Below are positions 13,553 to 26,670 of a stretch of DNA of 64,000 nucleotides, in pieces (within the stretch, counting starts at the first letter, position 1; each line of letters opens with the position of its first letter). Source of the DNA: Cetorhinus maximus (Eukaryota); contig NC_135889.1 of NCBI RefSeq assembly GCF_964194155.1, positions 107,136,001 to 107,200,000 of the forward strand, in the 5' to 3' direction. A model generated the notes under the pieces. That model searched no databases, was not told where the DNA came from, and saw nothing but the letters and a program-made list of their open reading frames with translations. The position numbers and the translations under genes are program-made.

Positions 13553-15029
13553 GTAAATAAAAGAGGCCAAAATATTTTAGTTTGGATAAATCTGCAGATA
13601 TACTTTTCTAATGAATAATGTGAGCCATACAGATCATGAAGGCCACGAGTTCTGGTCTATGCTGAATTGGCTGATTTCGGTCATAACGCTGGTGTGGTTG
13701 TTATAGATAACGTTGGCTCTTTGGGATAGATTGGAACATAAGTTATGATACCATCCCACTGAGATTTGCTTGAAGTGTATGCTTATGGACATGGGTGTGG
13801 GTAGTGGATCGAAGCTTAGCTTTGTTGCATACAATGTCGCATGACTTGCTGACGTTCTGAAAAGCCATTTTTGTTTAGTTCTCATAGAGAACAAAATGGG
13901 AAGATGCTTCATTTTTGAACCATCACCATGTTCGAGTCTCTAAACCACACTATTGAAAATTGTGCACCAGCAGAATTTGTTTGCCCAGTATTGATTGCAC
14001 ATGTTCTTCCCCAATCCTGTGTGCAGAGAGCTGACGTGCATGTTGCAGTGTTGAGACTTAAATTCTAGCACCTATAGGGTTTAACTACCTAAAATCACCA
14101 AACTTCTCCAGCTAAACTACAAGCTAATACCCTGATAGTTGTTCTCTAGAACTGATTGGAAAGGGAAAATTCCAGCCTCCAGTGGCTGATGTGCCCCTCC
14201 AGTTTCCATTCACGAGAGAGCCTGGCTGGTCTGTCAGTGACAGTAACCTGCAATACTGACACTCTTATTTAGTTTGGGCATTGGATTATCAGTCTTAACA
14301 GCTCCATCTCTATCCCTCAGAAACCCATATTGCAATTAGGGAATGAAATGCCTCCTTTTGATGGAATTATAGATGTCAATCCAGTTGTATCTTTCTGCAT
14401 GTTTTCTAAAATTTCTAAAGCTTTGGGTGAGAGGGGTGATTGGCACACTAGTGTGGGCAGTCATTTATGCCCAATCTGGGGAGCTACATCAGCTATTTTT
14501 TGTATATTGACTGGGCCAAAATAATGTATAAAACACATTTCTAACCAGCGCCCCCTGGCAAACTAATTCTAAGGTAGCTGAATCTAGACTCAAATGGAGT
14601 TTCCTCTATTTTCTAGGGCCTTGCCTGTCTTGAGTCCTTTTGTGTGCTATATTGCTGAGTATTCATTGAATGAAGGCCAGCATTTCAGTCTGGAACAATG
14701 CAGCCAAAGCCTGAGGTTGGATGGGACTTACTAATCTAAATTAGTTTAACCTATTGTTTCTCTCATTTTAAAGGGTGTGTGTGTGGAGAAAGAACATTTA
14801 GTTTTCCTGTATTTGAGAAACCTTTGTATCCCATTTGATGTGGGTATGACTTAAGAGTTTAAAATATTGCTTTTACCAACTCCCATGTTGGCTACCTGAA
14901 TTCCTGCTCAATATTTTTTTTAAGAAAGCTTGGAACTTTTTATGGTATTGGCAAGCAATGCTTAAATGTAACTTTATTGGCAAAACTTTATTCAAGTTCC
15001 TAAGCCATCACCTGAAGCCTGTTATTGAG

Positions 15030-17460
15030 CTTTGTGAAGTTTGAACATAACCTCTCTGCTTTTGTAGTTAATAACTTTATTTACAAAACCCATGATCCCA
15101 TTTGTTTTCCCAACTACCCCCTCAAATACGTCCTGTCACCCCCAAGAATCTGTGCACATGAACTCCCAGGACCCTCCTGTCCCAGCGCATAGTTTTAGAA
15201 TGTACCAAAAAGTCTATATATCCTCTTTTCCCCCATCCCTTCTACCACATCAACTCATGCTTTTCGGTATTAAATTCTATCCTCCACTAGTCTGCCCCTT
15301 CTGCTGGCCTAACTGTGACCTGTTGCAATCGATTGGTTTGCCGCACCTTCAAGTCCAAGCTAACGCTGACCCCCTTATTTCATGAGCTCAATTTTGTTAA
15401 CCAGCCCTTTGTGTTACTTTGTCAAATACTTTCTTAAAATTCATATAGACAACACCCAATGCATTTTCTTCTTCAACTAAATTGATTTGATTAGTCAAAC
15501 ATGATCTACCTTTTACAATCTACGCTGGTTCTCAATTACTGAAACTCAAAATTCTCCAAGTTTTTGTTGATTTATTTTCCCCTGATTATTTTTTATGAAC
15601 CTTATCTGTCACTGATATTGAACTGATCAGTCTGTAGTTACTGGAAATTCCCTTGCAATCCTCCTTGAGTAAGGGTGTCACATTTGCCACTCTTCGATCC
15701 TCCGGCGCTTCTCCACATCAGAGGAAGATTGGAAGATTATGGCAATCCCTTCCACTGTCTCCACTCCTACTTCCTTGGGATACAAGCTATCTGAATCAGC
15801 AACTTAACCGGTCTTAAGCAAAATGAGCCTTTACAGGATATTGTGCCTATCAAATTTCACCCTATCCATTACCTCTACTTTCTCTGCTTCTTCTGATATT
15901 TTGTCAGACATCCTCTTCCTTAATAAATATCTTAAACAAAGTACTCATTAAGTATTCTAGCCTTGCCCTAAGCCTCTTAACATTTATCACACACTTTGTA
16001 TTTCCTCATCCTTAATATGGCTTGATATTTTTCCCTTCTCTGTTTATCTGCTGTTGAAACCCTCATCTATGTCTTTGTGACCACTAGGTTCAGTTATTCC
16101 AACGCACTTCTGGCTGGTCTCCCACAATCTAACCTCTAAACTTGAGGTCATTCAAAGCTCTACTGCCCGTGTCCTGTTCCCATATCATTCCTTTGTTCGC
16201 TGACTTACATTGGCTCCTGATCAAGCAAAGTCTTGATTTTAAAATTCTTATCCTTGTTTTTAAATCTCTCCCAAGGCCTTGCCCCTCACCATCTCTGCAA
16301 TCTCCTCCAACTCCACAACCCTCCAGAATATCTACTTTCTTCTAATTCTGGCCTCCTGTGCATTCCCAATCATGACTGCTGCACGATCGGTGACCATACC
16401 TTTGGTTGCCTAGGCCCCATCTCTAGAATTCCCTCCCTACACCTCTCTGCCCCTCCACCTTGCTTTCCTCCTTTAAGACACTACTTAAAACATATTTCTT
16501 TGACCTTATGTGGCTTAGTGTCATATTTTGTTTCATATTATTCCTGTGAAGTGCCTTAGGAGGTTTCTTTAAAGGTGTTATGTAAACATAAGTTGTTGTT
16601 TGTCACTAAAAGGCCCTATTCCACCTCTTACCATCTGCTTACTATTTACATGCCGGTCTAATATTTTGCAATTCCCTTCAACATTGATTGCTATTCTATT
16701 CTCATTCGCTTCGCAAGTCTTATTTTCCTCTTCACAACTTACTGTATTTAGCCTGATTCTTGCTTGAAGAATTCACCTGGCATACATCATACACCCTCTT
16801 ATTTCATCATATTCTTTATCTTCCTTGTCATTCAAGGTGCCCTGGCTTTGGGTCCCCTACCTGTTGTCCTTGTTGGCATGTATCCAGCCTGTACCTGAAG
16901 CACCTCCCACCTCCTTCAAGATCGCCCATTGTTCCATTACCATTTTCCTGTCAATCTGTAGTTCCATTCTATCCTTTTCATCCAATTGCAATTAGCCCTC
17001 TTGTATTTAGAAGTTCAGCTTTCTACTTCTTCTCCATTACTAATTTAAATCTCATGAGAGGTCTGAAGAAGGGCCATACAGACTCAAAGCATTTACTCTG
17101 TTTCTCTCTCCACAGATGCTGTCAGACTTGCTTAGCTTTTTCAGCATTTTCTGCTTTTATCTCATGAGATGGTCACGCTTAACTAAGTGCCCTGCCATAG
17201 ATACTTGGTCCACTTGACCGACACCATTTCCCAGCATCCCAGTTCCCCAAATCCAGCAATGCCTCCTTCCTAGGCGGACCGAGAGCATGCTGGTCAAGGA
17301 TGTTCTCCAGAATACATTTCAGAAATTCCTCCCACTCTTTATCCTTTACCATTATCCCAAATGTTATTAGGGTAATTGAAGTCCCCCAGTATCGTACTCT
17401 AAAGTTCTTGTGTATCTCTGATTTTCCTGCAGATTCCGCCCTCTGTCTCTTTCTCATTGT
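15030..17460 (-). mobile_element. Old CR1 LINE remnant with a nested L2 3' end (~16050-16600, +) and a short repeat (~17055-17160)
   Basis: EEFLKCILENILDQH..RKEALLDL (CR1 endonuclease). HIIPLFADLHWLLIKQSLDFKILILVFK (L2 C-terminus) followed by a (ttg) tail. Confidence 0.6.
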
Positions 17461-17772
17461 TTGGAGGCCAGTGTGAGTGCTTTATGAACTTGAATAAAGT
17501 CTGAGAAATTGGCTTTGTGTGATCCTAATATGTAATTCGCACTTTTGGCTTGTTGTATTTATTAAAATTTTAAAAAGCACACCTATCTATAACAATAAAT
17601 ACAAGCATTTGTAGTCAGCCTTTTACACAACTTTTAAAAAATCTCGGCAACACCTGAGTTATGCTGATCTTGAAATTTAGAAGCTTTGGAAAGGTTGCAT
17701 TTCTTTTATGTGCTGCTCATAAGATGAGATTTCAAATTTTCCTTTGTGTCCTACGTCATTTGTTTTCTGTAG

Positions 17773-17934
17773 ATCCGTCGCGTTTCATTTGCAGATCCAA
17801 TTCAGCGGGAAGGATTAGCAGATGACATTGATCGCCGTAGCCCTGTAGTGAGATCCCATTCTTCTTCTGGAAGTTCTCCTGGATTAAATCACTCTGCCAC
17901 AAATGGTTGCAACCGGTCCAATGTTCAATCCAAG
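17773..17934 (+). CDS. RIF1: RIF1 coding exon with RVxF PP1-docking motif
   Basis: ttctgtag|ATC...AAG|gtaagt. Encodes IRRVSFADPIQREGLADDIDRRSP. Confidence 0.95.
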
Positions 17935-18269
17935 GTAAGTTCCATTAAGTTCTCATTCAAATCACAGCTCTATAAGATAGTTGCAGATAATGAAACCACT
18001 GTGTCCCATCTTAATTCATGGATACAAAAAAGCCTAACTCTCTCTTGCCCTAATTATTTGCGGTACTTGTCTTATTAAGTTTCATCTGACATTGACCACA
18101 TGAATGCTTTTCTCACTTATTCTGTCATTTCTGAATTGCCTCCTTCGGTTGCATTGTCGGTCCTAGTTTGGAATTATTTGCACAGTGGGTTTCTGAATTC
18201 AAAGAATTTCTCTGAACAACAAGCAATAAGTTTCAACTGGTTCATTCTCAATTTGCCCTGGACCAACTT

Positions 18270-18985
18270 GTTTCGGTGGTAACACTTGGAGTTAGAAGAG
18301 CTCACATTCAAGTCCTACTTTAGCTAATATTTCAGTATAGTGTTGAGGCAGTGCTATAATGGTCACAAGTGCCATTTTAGCAATGCGAAGATGAGCTAAG
18401 GCATATCTGCTATGCAAACGGACATAAAGGATGCATGACATTATTTGAAAAGGACTAAAAACGTTCTGGTGTCCTAGCCAACATTTAGATCACTAACAAC
18501 ACCATTAAGACAATTCAGAAATATGTTATGGACTAGCCAGTAACCCATTACATTGGCTGTTTTGCATTCAAACAAAAAAATCTGAGTTGAGGGCGTTAGC
18601 CCTGTTACGGTAGTAATCTTGCTTCTGAAGCAGAAGTTGTGGATTGAAGTCCCACTGTAGCACATAATCTAGGTTGGCATTTCAGTGTAGTACTGAGGGA
18701 ATGCTGCACTGTTGGAGGCATCACCTTTCTGATGAAATGTTATATCAAGGCCCCATATGCTCTGAATAGTGTCATGGCTTCTTTTGCATCCAAAAAGGAG
18801 CAGGGGAGTTCTCCCCTGTGTCTGGCCAATACTTATCGCTCATCAGCAAAAAAAAAATTAATTCCTGCCATGTTGCCAACATTATAACACTTATTGTCCT
18901 CCAAAACTATTTGGTTATTAAATGCTTTCTGACATCCTGAGATCATGAAGGATATTATAACCAATAACCAATGCACAACTTTTTT
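18270..18985 (+). mobile_element. Two adjacent degenerate DeuSINE/SacSINE1-like SINEs
   Basis: Core cacataatctagg..cagtgtagtactgagggaatgctgcactgttggagg, with a degraded copy just upstream and another near 29540-29720. Confidence 0.55.
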
Positions 18986-19162
18986 TTCTGGTCTTGTATT
19001 TAATGCTTTCTTTCATCTTTTAATTTTGCAAATGTTTATCCTGTATGGAATTTAACATGTCACTCAGTGATCTGAGTTTTATTATTTATTTAGTATATAT
19101 CAGAGCATTGAGGTTACTGTATTTATCTTAATTCTGAGTTTCATATATTTTAATTCACTCAG

Positions 19163-19240
19163 TACAACACCACTCCAACTAAAGGTTTCCTGTCTCCAAG
19201 CACTCGCAGCTCTGGCTATAAAAGTTCAAAGAAATGTTTG
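19163..19240 (+). CDS. RIF1: RIF1 78-nt S/K cassette exon (RIF1-Long-specific exon homologue)
   Basis: cactcag|TAC...TTG|gtaagt. Symmetric phase 0, 26 aa YNTTPTKGFLSPSTRSSGYKSSKKCL. Confidence 0.9.
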
Positions 19241-19314
19241 GTAAGTTGAAGGCATTAAGGTTTATCTTGTGGTTAAGTGATGCCATGTATTATGTAAACA
19301 TTTTTTTAAAGCAA

Positions 19315-20010
19315 AATAGGGTAAGCACTGGAGATACTCAGCAGCACAGGCAGCATCTGTGAAGAGAGGAGCGTAACGTTATAGGTCGATGACATTTTTA
19401 TAACTGGGAAAAGTTAGAGATGTAATAGATTTTAAGCAGGTGAAAGCAGGGAGGCTTGAAAAAGAAAAGAGGGAAGACCTGTGATAGGGCGGAAGACAGG
19501 AGAAATTAAACGATAAAGGAGTTGGTGTGCAAGGCCAAAGGGAGTGATAGGACAAGTAAAGAAATAAAACTTGTAGCCAAAGGAGGTGTGAATGGCATTC
19601 TGCATCTGCCTTCTGAAAGCAAAACAATAAAACCAAAGCCTGCAAAGATAAAGGAAACAAAATGGGGGAAGAGGTTAAATTCTGGAATTGCTGAACTCAA
19701 TATTGAGTTCGCAAGGCTGTAAATCACCTAATTGAAAGATGAGGTGCTGTTCCCCCAGCTTGCTTTCAGCTTCATTGTAACACTGCAGGAGGCAGAAGGC
19801 TTGAGAGAAAGGTGGAGAATTAAAGTGACAAGACAACCAGAGTTCAGGGCCACTCTAATGGACTGAACGGAGGTGTCCTGCAAAGCAATCACCCAATCTG
19901 TGTTTGGTTTCCACACTGAAAAGCAGAATGCATTGTAAACAACAATTGCAGTATGCTAAATTGAAAGAAACATAAATTGATGTTTCACCTGGAAGTAGTA
20001 TTTGGGAAAA
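19315..20010 (-). mobile_element. Penelope-like element fragment (GIY-YIG C-terminus plus terminal repeat)
   Basis: - strand EQHLIFQLG-like motif. The terminal gctgga..actcagc..cagcatctgtg.agagaga motif also occurs near 7305-7480, 33845-34270 and 36710-36805. Confidence 0.6.
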
Positions 20011-20463
20011 TAATGGCCACAGAAAATCGCTTGGGTCACTTTTTTTCAGCCATAAGCTACACCAACAGTTTTATATTTGAATCTGATTTGGTCTAAACCT
20101 GCAATGTGAGTGCAGGCAGAATATGTGGAATGAGCCAGTGAACAATGATTCTAGGGATAGTTAAAAGTGGAGGATAGAAATGGCCACTTAGTCAAGTTGA
20201 TGCTTGACTTTCATTGTACCATCAAACATTTGATCATCTCGAGCTGGCAGGTTGTGCCAAAAAATTATGAATCTGAGTAAATAATTTCTTTCTTTACCAA
20301 AAATGTAGAAAATGAATGGGAAAGATGATTTCTGGATAGGGTAATTCTAATTTGTATGGTGGTATAGAGGTCAGTTGCAGTTTTGGAAAATACAATCTAC
20401 AAAATGCTGAATTGAAACATGGTACTTTTAACATATAAGTTTCTTTTTTTAAAACCCCTCAAG

Positions 20464-20579
20464 ATCTCAGAGATGAGTAAAGAATCTGGGGCAGTGTCTA
20501 CAGCTGCCGTGTATCCGGCTCTGATCAGCTGCTCTTTACCAGTAGAGACCATTCTACCCCAGCTTGCCTCTAACATGTG
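20464..20579 (+). CDS. RIF1: RIF1 coding exon (C-terminal domain)
   Basis: cctcaag|ATC...TG|gtaagt. Encodes ISEMSKES..VYPALISCSLPVETILPQLASNMW. Confidence 0.92.
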
Positions 20580-20800
20580 GTAAGTAAAGTTTGTGATGCA
20601 TTTAGTTGCCCTGCATTCTAATACGTAATGTCATTTTAAAATTTTGCTCTTGAAAATTCTAGTTTTAAAATAGGACAGTTTTACTAGGAGGGGGCCTGTA
20701 ATTAAACTTCTGTTCAATATTAAATTAACCAAGGTGATGCAGTGTAATTTACCGCCTGCTACACCTGTACTGAATGATCAAGTTTTGTTCTTCCTACTAG

Positions 20801-20954
20801 GGCCCGAGGTCTAGGCCAGCTTGTAAGAGCTAAAAACATCAAGACCATTGGTGACCTGAGCTCGCTTACAGTGGCTGAAATTAAGTTGCTTCCAATCCGT
20901 TCTCCAAAAGTCTTTGTTGTGAAAAAGGCTCTCAAAGCCTTCTATGAACAGCAG
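20801..20954 (+). CDS. RIF1: RIF1 coding exon (CII DNA-binding subdomain)
   Basis: ctactag|G...CAG|gtgagt. Encodes ARGLGQLVRAKNIKTIGDLSSLTVAEIKLLPIRSPKVFVVKKALKAFYEQQ. Confidence 0.95.
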
Positions 20955-23699
20955 GTGAGTTTTTTGTAAACTGACAAGTCCTATCTGAAGTTGCAGTTTT
21001 CTAAAGATGAGATATTTTGCATGTTAAACTACTACAGGACCTTTCATTTTGTTTATAAACTTTTTTTCTAGTATTTTTCAAGACACTTTTTCCAATGGTA
21101 CTGTGTCCACGAGCTGATGCCTAATTGGATTCTCATTTGTACTTTTCTATGTTGGAATAATAATGGTTATAGTACAGGAGGCCATTTGACATGTGGAATC
21201 CATGCTGGTTCTCTGCAAGGGCAGATTAACTAGTCCTACTCCCCTGCCCTTTCCCTGTAGCCCTGTAATTCTTTTCCCTCCAGGTGCCTACCTGATTCCC
21301 TTTTGAAAGCCGCAGTTGAATCTGGCTCCTCCACTCACTCGGGCAATGCATTCCAAAAAATAACCATTCGTTGCATGTTAAAAAAAAAAAAATCCTCATG
21401 TCTCTGATTCTTTTACCAATTGCTTTAAATTGATGCCATCTTGTTCTTGACCCTTCTACCAGTGGGGACAGTTTCTCTCTATTCACTCCATCTTGATCCC
21501 TCATGATTTTGGTCATATTCTTCTGCAGAAGGTTTAAACCTGCAATGTGAGTGCTGGCAGAATATGTGGAATGAGCTAGTGAACAATGATTCTTGGGATA
21601 GTTAAGAAAAGTGGAGGATAGAAATGGCCACTTGTTGATGCTCGACTTTAATTTGAGCATCTCGAGCTGGCAGGTTGTGCCAAAAAATTATGAGTCTGAG
21701 TAAATTTCTCTCTAGTATGTGATTTTTAAATTCAATCTTCATTTAATTTGTTCCCCTTGGTCTACTTATTTTGAACTAAGTTTATGTATCTATTATTTTA
21801 TAAACTGTAATTAGGGTTTCTCCATCTTTCTAGATGGTAGAGATGGAGCTCTGTTTTGTACTTTCTGTATAGCTTATCCTCTATACTTGCGATCACTTCT
21901 TTTGTTACTTTTCTCTTTCGCCATTCCATTGTGCATATGTATTTATGGACCAGATATGTACCAGAACTGAACACTACTCCATGTCTGATCGGTGCATTAT
22001 AAAAGTTGAGTAATCTCTTTAGATTGACACTTGACAGTTCTGGCTATTAATACTGACACTTTCCAATTTATTTTTGATTGTTTCAACGTATCCAGGTGGA
22101 TGTTTAAAATTAGAGGGATCATTACTGGGACAAAAGCTCTTTATTCACCCTGTTATAGATTACTGTATGCTTAAAAATGCTCAGAAATAAAAAGAGGATA
22201 ATTTTATCACTGTTGCAGGTGAGATATTGGCAATTTGGGTTCATGCTACTCACTGTGGCAGGTGAGACTCCATATCGGGAGTGTGAGCTTGCAATTGCAC
22301 CGGTGCTGCCAGCTCTGTATACTTGATCTCTACTATTGCCCTCCTTTTATCATCAGCAAATTTGAGTATTGTAGTCGTTTGGTAGTACAGAACTTGAGTA
22401 TTGCTGAAAAAGATTTATTTTGTCGATGCTTTTTGACCAGCACTCATCGCAAGAATACCACTGTGAGGAAAACCAACAAATTTATACTGTATGAGAGTGT
22501 TGATTGTCTCTTTTGAGAATTGTTGTTTTGGTATCAATTTCCTTTTATATAGTTATCAGAGAGTCCAAACAATGGACCACTGAGATTCCCTTTATTACCA
22601 ACCCCCACCCAGATAGTACTATTGGTGAGAACAATATGTATTCATATGATGCTCTTAACATAGCAAGCCATCAAAAGATGCTTCACAGTGGTTTGAGAAA
22701 AATGAAATAGTGTGCCAAAGGAGATACAGGTATGATCACAAGTGTGACTGAAAATATGGACCTGATTTTTGCAGTGGTAATGGCAGTGAAATTGTCAGCA
22801 TTCAGCATTATTATTCCAGTGAAACTGACAGCAACTTCTGAGTCCATGCAAAATAACATGGAAATCCAGAAGTTGCTCTCAGCGATTCTATACTTCTCCA
22901 GAGGGAGTGCGCTTACGCTGTTAGTTTCGCTGGAAAAACACTTGGAAAAAGTTGCATGTAACTGAATATAACTGGATTTTTAATGCTGTACTAACATTCA
23001 TAATTGCTACTAAACATCCTTACTGGCCCTGAAAAACTAATTTTATATTTGTGGAATGTCAAATTTCTTCATAATGGTTAAAATCAAATTCTACTTATTG
23101 TTTTAAATATTACATTTGTAAAATGGTTCTTAACTTCAATCTAAATCCAATTGTCGTTTATTTCACTCTCTGAAAATGTCAATTAAAAGTGAAGGATATT
23201 AAGTGTAGAGCCAGTTAGATCAGATGGTTGTGTGGTGCTTGACTGCAACAGTGCAGGTCAGTCCCCATATCAGCTGTGATGATAGTTCTTGGGCCTGCCT
23301 CCTCCTCTTGCCCCAGTGTGACATCATGACATCACTGAGTCTTGATTATCACCCATCAAACATTGAGGATGCTACATGAAGAAAGAGATATTAAGTGGTT
23401 TTAACTTCCTGGTATGATGTGTGCAGATACATCAATATGATTGGTTGCCTACCTTCTTGCTGACATCAACGCTACTGCATGCCAAGCCATCCCCTTGACT
23501 TGGTGCCGGATTTTAAACTGTCGACGGGCAAAGGGAAAACCATGCCACAGAGATCGCTAGGTCTCTGTGACCAGATTTCTTTGCTTTGCTGATGACTGCA
23601 AAATCAGGGCCATGGACGTTAAACAGGGCCTTCTAAAGGAGGAAAGGCAGAGGAGCCATTTGGTAGCTGAAGGCAAGCTGCTAATGGTGGGACAAAGGG

Positions 23700-26125
23700 G
23701 AGGCGATGGAGTAGTGGTATTTGTTACTGGACTAGTAATCCAGAGACCCAGGGTAAAGTCTAATGACCATGAAACCATTGTCGATTGTTGTAAAAACCCA
23801 TCTTGTTCACTAATTTCCTTTTTGGGGAGGGAAATCTGTCATCCTTACCTGGTCTGGTCTACATGTGACTTCAGACCCACAGCAATGTGGTGGACTCTTA
23901 AATGCTTTCTGAAATGGCCTAGCAAGCCACTCAGTTGTAAGTCACAAATAAGGACTGAAATCGGACGGACCACCAGGCATCGACCTAGGCACCGGAAACA
24001 ACAGCAATCGCAGCCCTGTCGACCCTGCAAAGTCTTCCTTGCCTACATCTGGGGGCGAGTGCCAATATTGGGGCCTCAGACTAGTCAAGCAACAGCCTAA
24101 CATAGTCATCCTTATGGAATCATACCTTACAGATAATGTCCCAGACTCCTCCATCACTATCCCTGGGTATGTCCTGTCCCACCAGCAGGACAGACCCAAC
24201 AGAGGTGGTGGCACAGTGGTATACAGTCGGGAGGGAGTTGCCCTGGGAGTCCTCAACATCGACTCCAGACCCCATGAAGTCTCATGGCATCAGGTCAAAC
24301 ATGGGCAAGGAAACCTCCTGCTGATTATCACATACCGCCCTCCCTCAGCTGATGAATCAGTGCTCCTCCATGTTGAACACCACTTGGAGGAAGCACTGAG
24401 GGTGGCAAGGGCACAGGATGTACTGTGGGTGGAGGACTTCAGTGCCCATCACCAAGAGTGGCTCGGTTGCATCACTACTGCCCGAGCTGGCCAAGTCCTA
24501 AATGACATAGCTGCTAGACTGTGTCTGCGGCAGGTGGTGAGGGAACCAACAAGAGGGAAAAACATACTTGACCTCATCCTCACCACCTTGCCTGCTGCAG
24601 ATGCATGACAGTAACGGTAGGAGTGACCATCGCACAAGACGAACCCCCGCCTTCACAATGAGGATACCCTCCATCGTGTTGTGTGGCACTGTGATAAATG
24701 GGATAGATTTTAAACAGATCCAACAACTGAAGACTGGGCATCCATGAGGCTCTGTGGGCCAACAACAGCAGCAGAATTGTACTCGAACACAATCTGTAAC
24801 CTTATGGCCCGGCATATCCTCTACCATTACCATCAAGCCAGAGAATCAACCCTGGTTCAATGAAGAGTGCATGCCAGGAGCAGCACCAGGCATACCTAAA
24901 AATGAGTTGTCAACCTGGTGAAGCTGTAACACAGGACTCCTTGCTTTCCAAACAGCATAAGCAGCAAGTGATAGACAGAGCTAAGCGATCCCACAACAAA
25001 TAGATCAGATCTAAGCTCTCCATTGGTGGAGCCATACCTAGCACAAAGGAAGGTGGTTGTGGTTCTTGGAGGTCAGTCATCTCAGCTTCAACTGCACAAG
25101 TTCCTCAGGGTCTGAGGCCCAACCATCTTCAGCTGCTTCATCAATAACCTTCCTTCCATCATAAAGTCAGAAGTGGGATGTTCGCTGATGATTGCACAAT
25201 GTTCAGCACCATTTGTGACGACTCAGATACTGCAGCAGTCCATGTCCAAATGCAGCAAGACCTGGACGATACCCAGGCTTGGGCTGACAAGTGGCAAGTA
25301 ACATTCGTGCCACACAACGTCAGGGAATGACCATTTCCAACAAGAGAATCCAGCCATCGCCCCTTGATGTTCAATGGCATTACCATCACTGAATCCCCCA
25401 TGATCAACATCCTGGGTGTTACCATTGACCAGAAACTGAACTGGGCTAGCCATATAAATACTGTGGCTGCAAGAGCAGGTCAGAGGCTAGGAATCGTGTG
25501 ATGAGTAACTCACCACCTGACTCCCCAAATCCTGTCCACCATCTACACGGCACAATTCAGGAGTGTGATGGAATAGTCCTCACTTGCCTGGATGAGTGCA
25601 GCTCCCACAACACTGAAGCAACTGGACACTGTCCAGGACAAAGCAGTGCACTTTATTGGCACCACATCCACAAACATTCACTCCCTCCACCACCAACACA
25701 CAGTAACAGCAGTGTGTGCCATCTACAAGATGCACTGCAGGAATTCACCACAGCTCCTTAGACAGCACCTTCCAAACCCACGACCACTACCATCTAGAAG
25801 GATATGGGCAGCAGATAGATGGGAACACCACCACCTGGAATTTCCCCTCCAAATCACTCATCCTGACTTGGAAATATATCGCCGTTCCTTCACTGTCGCT
25901 GGGTCAAAATCCTGGAACTCCCTCCCTAACAGCACTATGGGTATACCTCCACCACATGGCCTGCAGTGGTTCAAGAAGGGAGCTCACCACCACCACCACA
26001 ATGTCAGGCAATGACCATCTCCAACAAGAGAATCCAGCCATCACCACTCAAGGGCAACTGGGGATGGGCAATAAATGCTGGCCCAGCCAGCAAGGTCCAC
26101 ATCCCGTGAATGAATAAAAAAAAAA
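23700..26125 (+). mobile_element. CR1-clade LINE with an internal deletion of the RT core
   Basis: APE ORF 24039-24608 (PGYVLSHQQDRPNRGGGTVVY, EPTRGKNILDLILT). An abrupt jump near 25020 to VPQG..FADD. 3' end tgaatgaataaaaaaaaaa. Confidence 0.85.
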
Positions 26126-26299
26126 TACCTGATGCAAAAGTGGCTAGATAAAGATAGTGTATTTGAAAATGAGAAGATAGTAAATGGAACAGAGGATTTA
26201 TTGATAGAGGATTTATTGGGTTAGAGGAGCGGGTGTTACAGAAATGGGGAGGTGTGAGGGAATCTCAAGAGGAGATTGTGGCTTTATGGCCATGTCAGT

Positions 26300-26670
26300 G
26301 GGTTAGTAATCCATGGGATCAGGCTAATGCCCTGGGGAGATGGGTTCAAATCCCTCCATGACAACTGGTGGAACTTAAATTCAATTAATGAAATCTGGAG
26401 TTGAAAGCCAATCTCAGTAATGGTGACCCTGAAGCTGTCATTGAAAGTTGTAAAATCCCATCTGGTTCACTAATGTCCTTTAGAGAAGGAAATCTGCCAT
26501 CCTTACCTGGTCTGGCCTAAATGCGACTCCAGACCAATGTGGTTGATTCTGAACTGATTTCTGAAATGTCCTAGCAAGCCACTCAGTTCAAGGGCATTTC
26601 AGGATGTGCAACAAATACTGGCTTTGCCAGCGATGCCCACAGCCCATGAAAGAATAAAGGAAAAAAATTA
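26300..26670 (+). mobile_element. Short non-autonomous element joining the 5' and 3' ends of the CR1 family
   Basis: Shares the ccatctggttcactaatgtcc..ccttacctggtctgg 5' block and the aagggca..ggatg..aaatactggc 3' tail with the LINE; related copies near 5045-5450 (+) and 34685-35020 (-). Confidence 0.6.

Noticed and set aside
9986-13618. 1210-aa ORF as a standalone single-exon gene
   Set aside because: It is the RIF1 giant exon; splice sites at 10112 and 13552 join in frame to RIF1 exons on both sides.
24039-24608. 189-aa endonuclease-like ORF as a host gene
   Set aside because: APE domain of a disrupted CR1 LINE with frameshifts and a deleted RT core.
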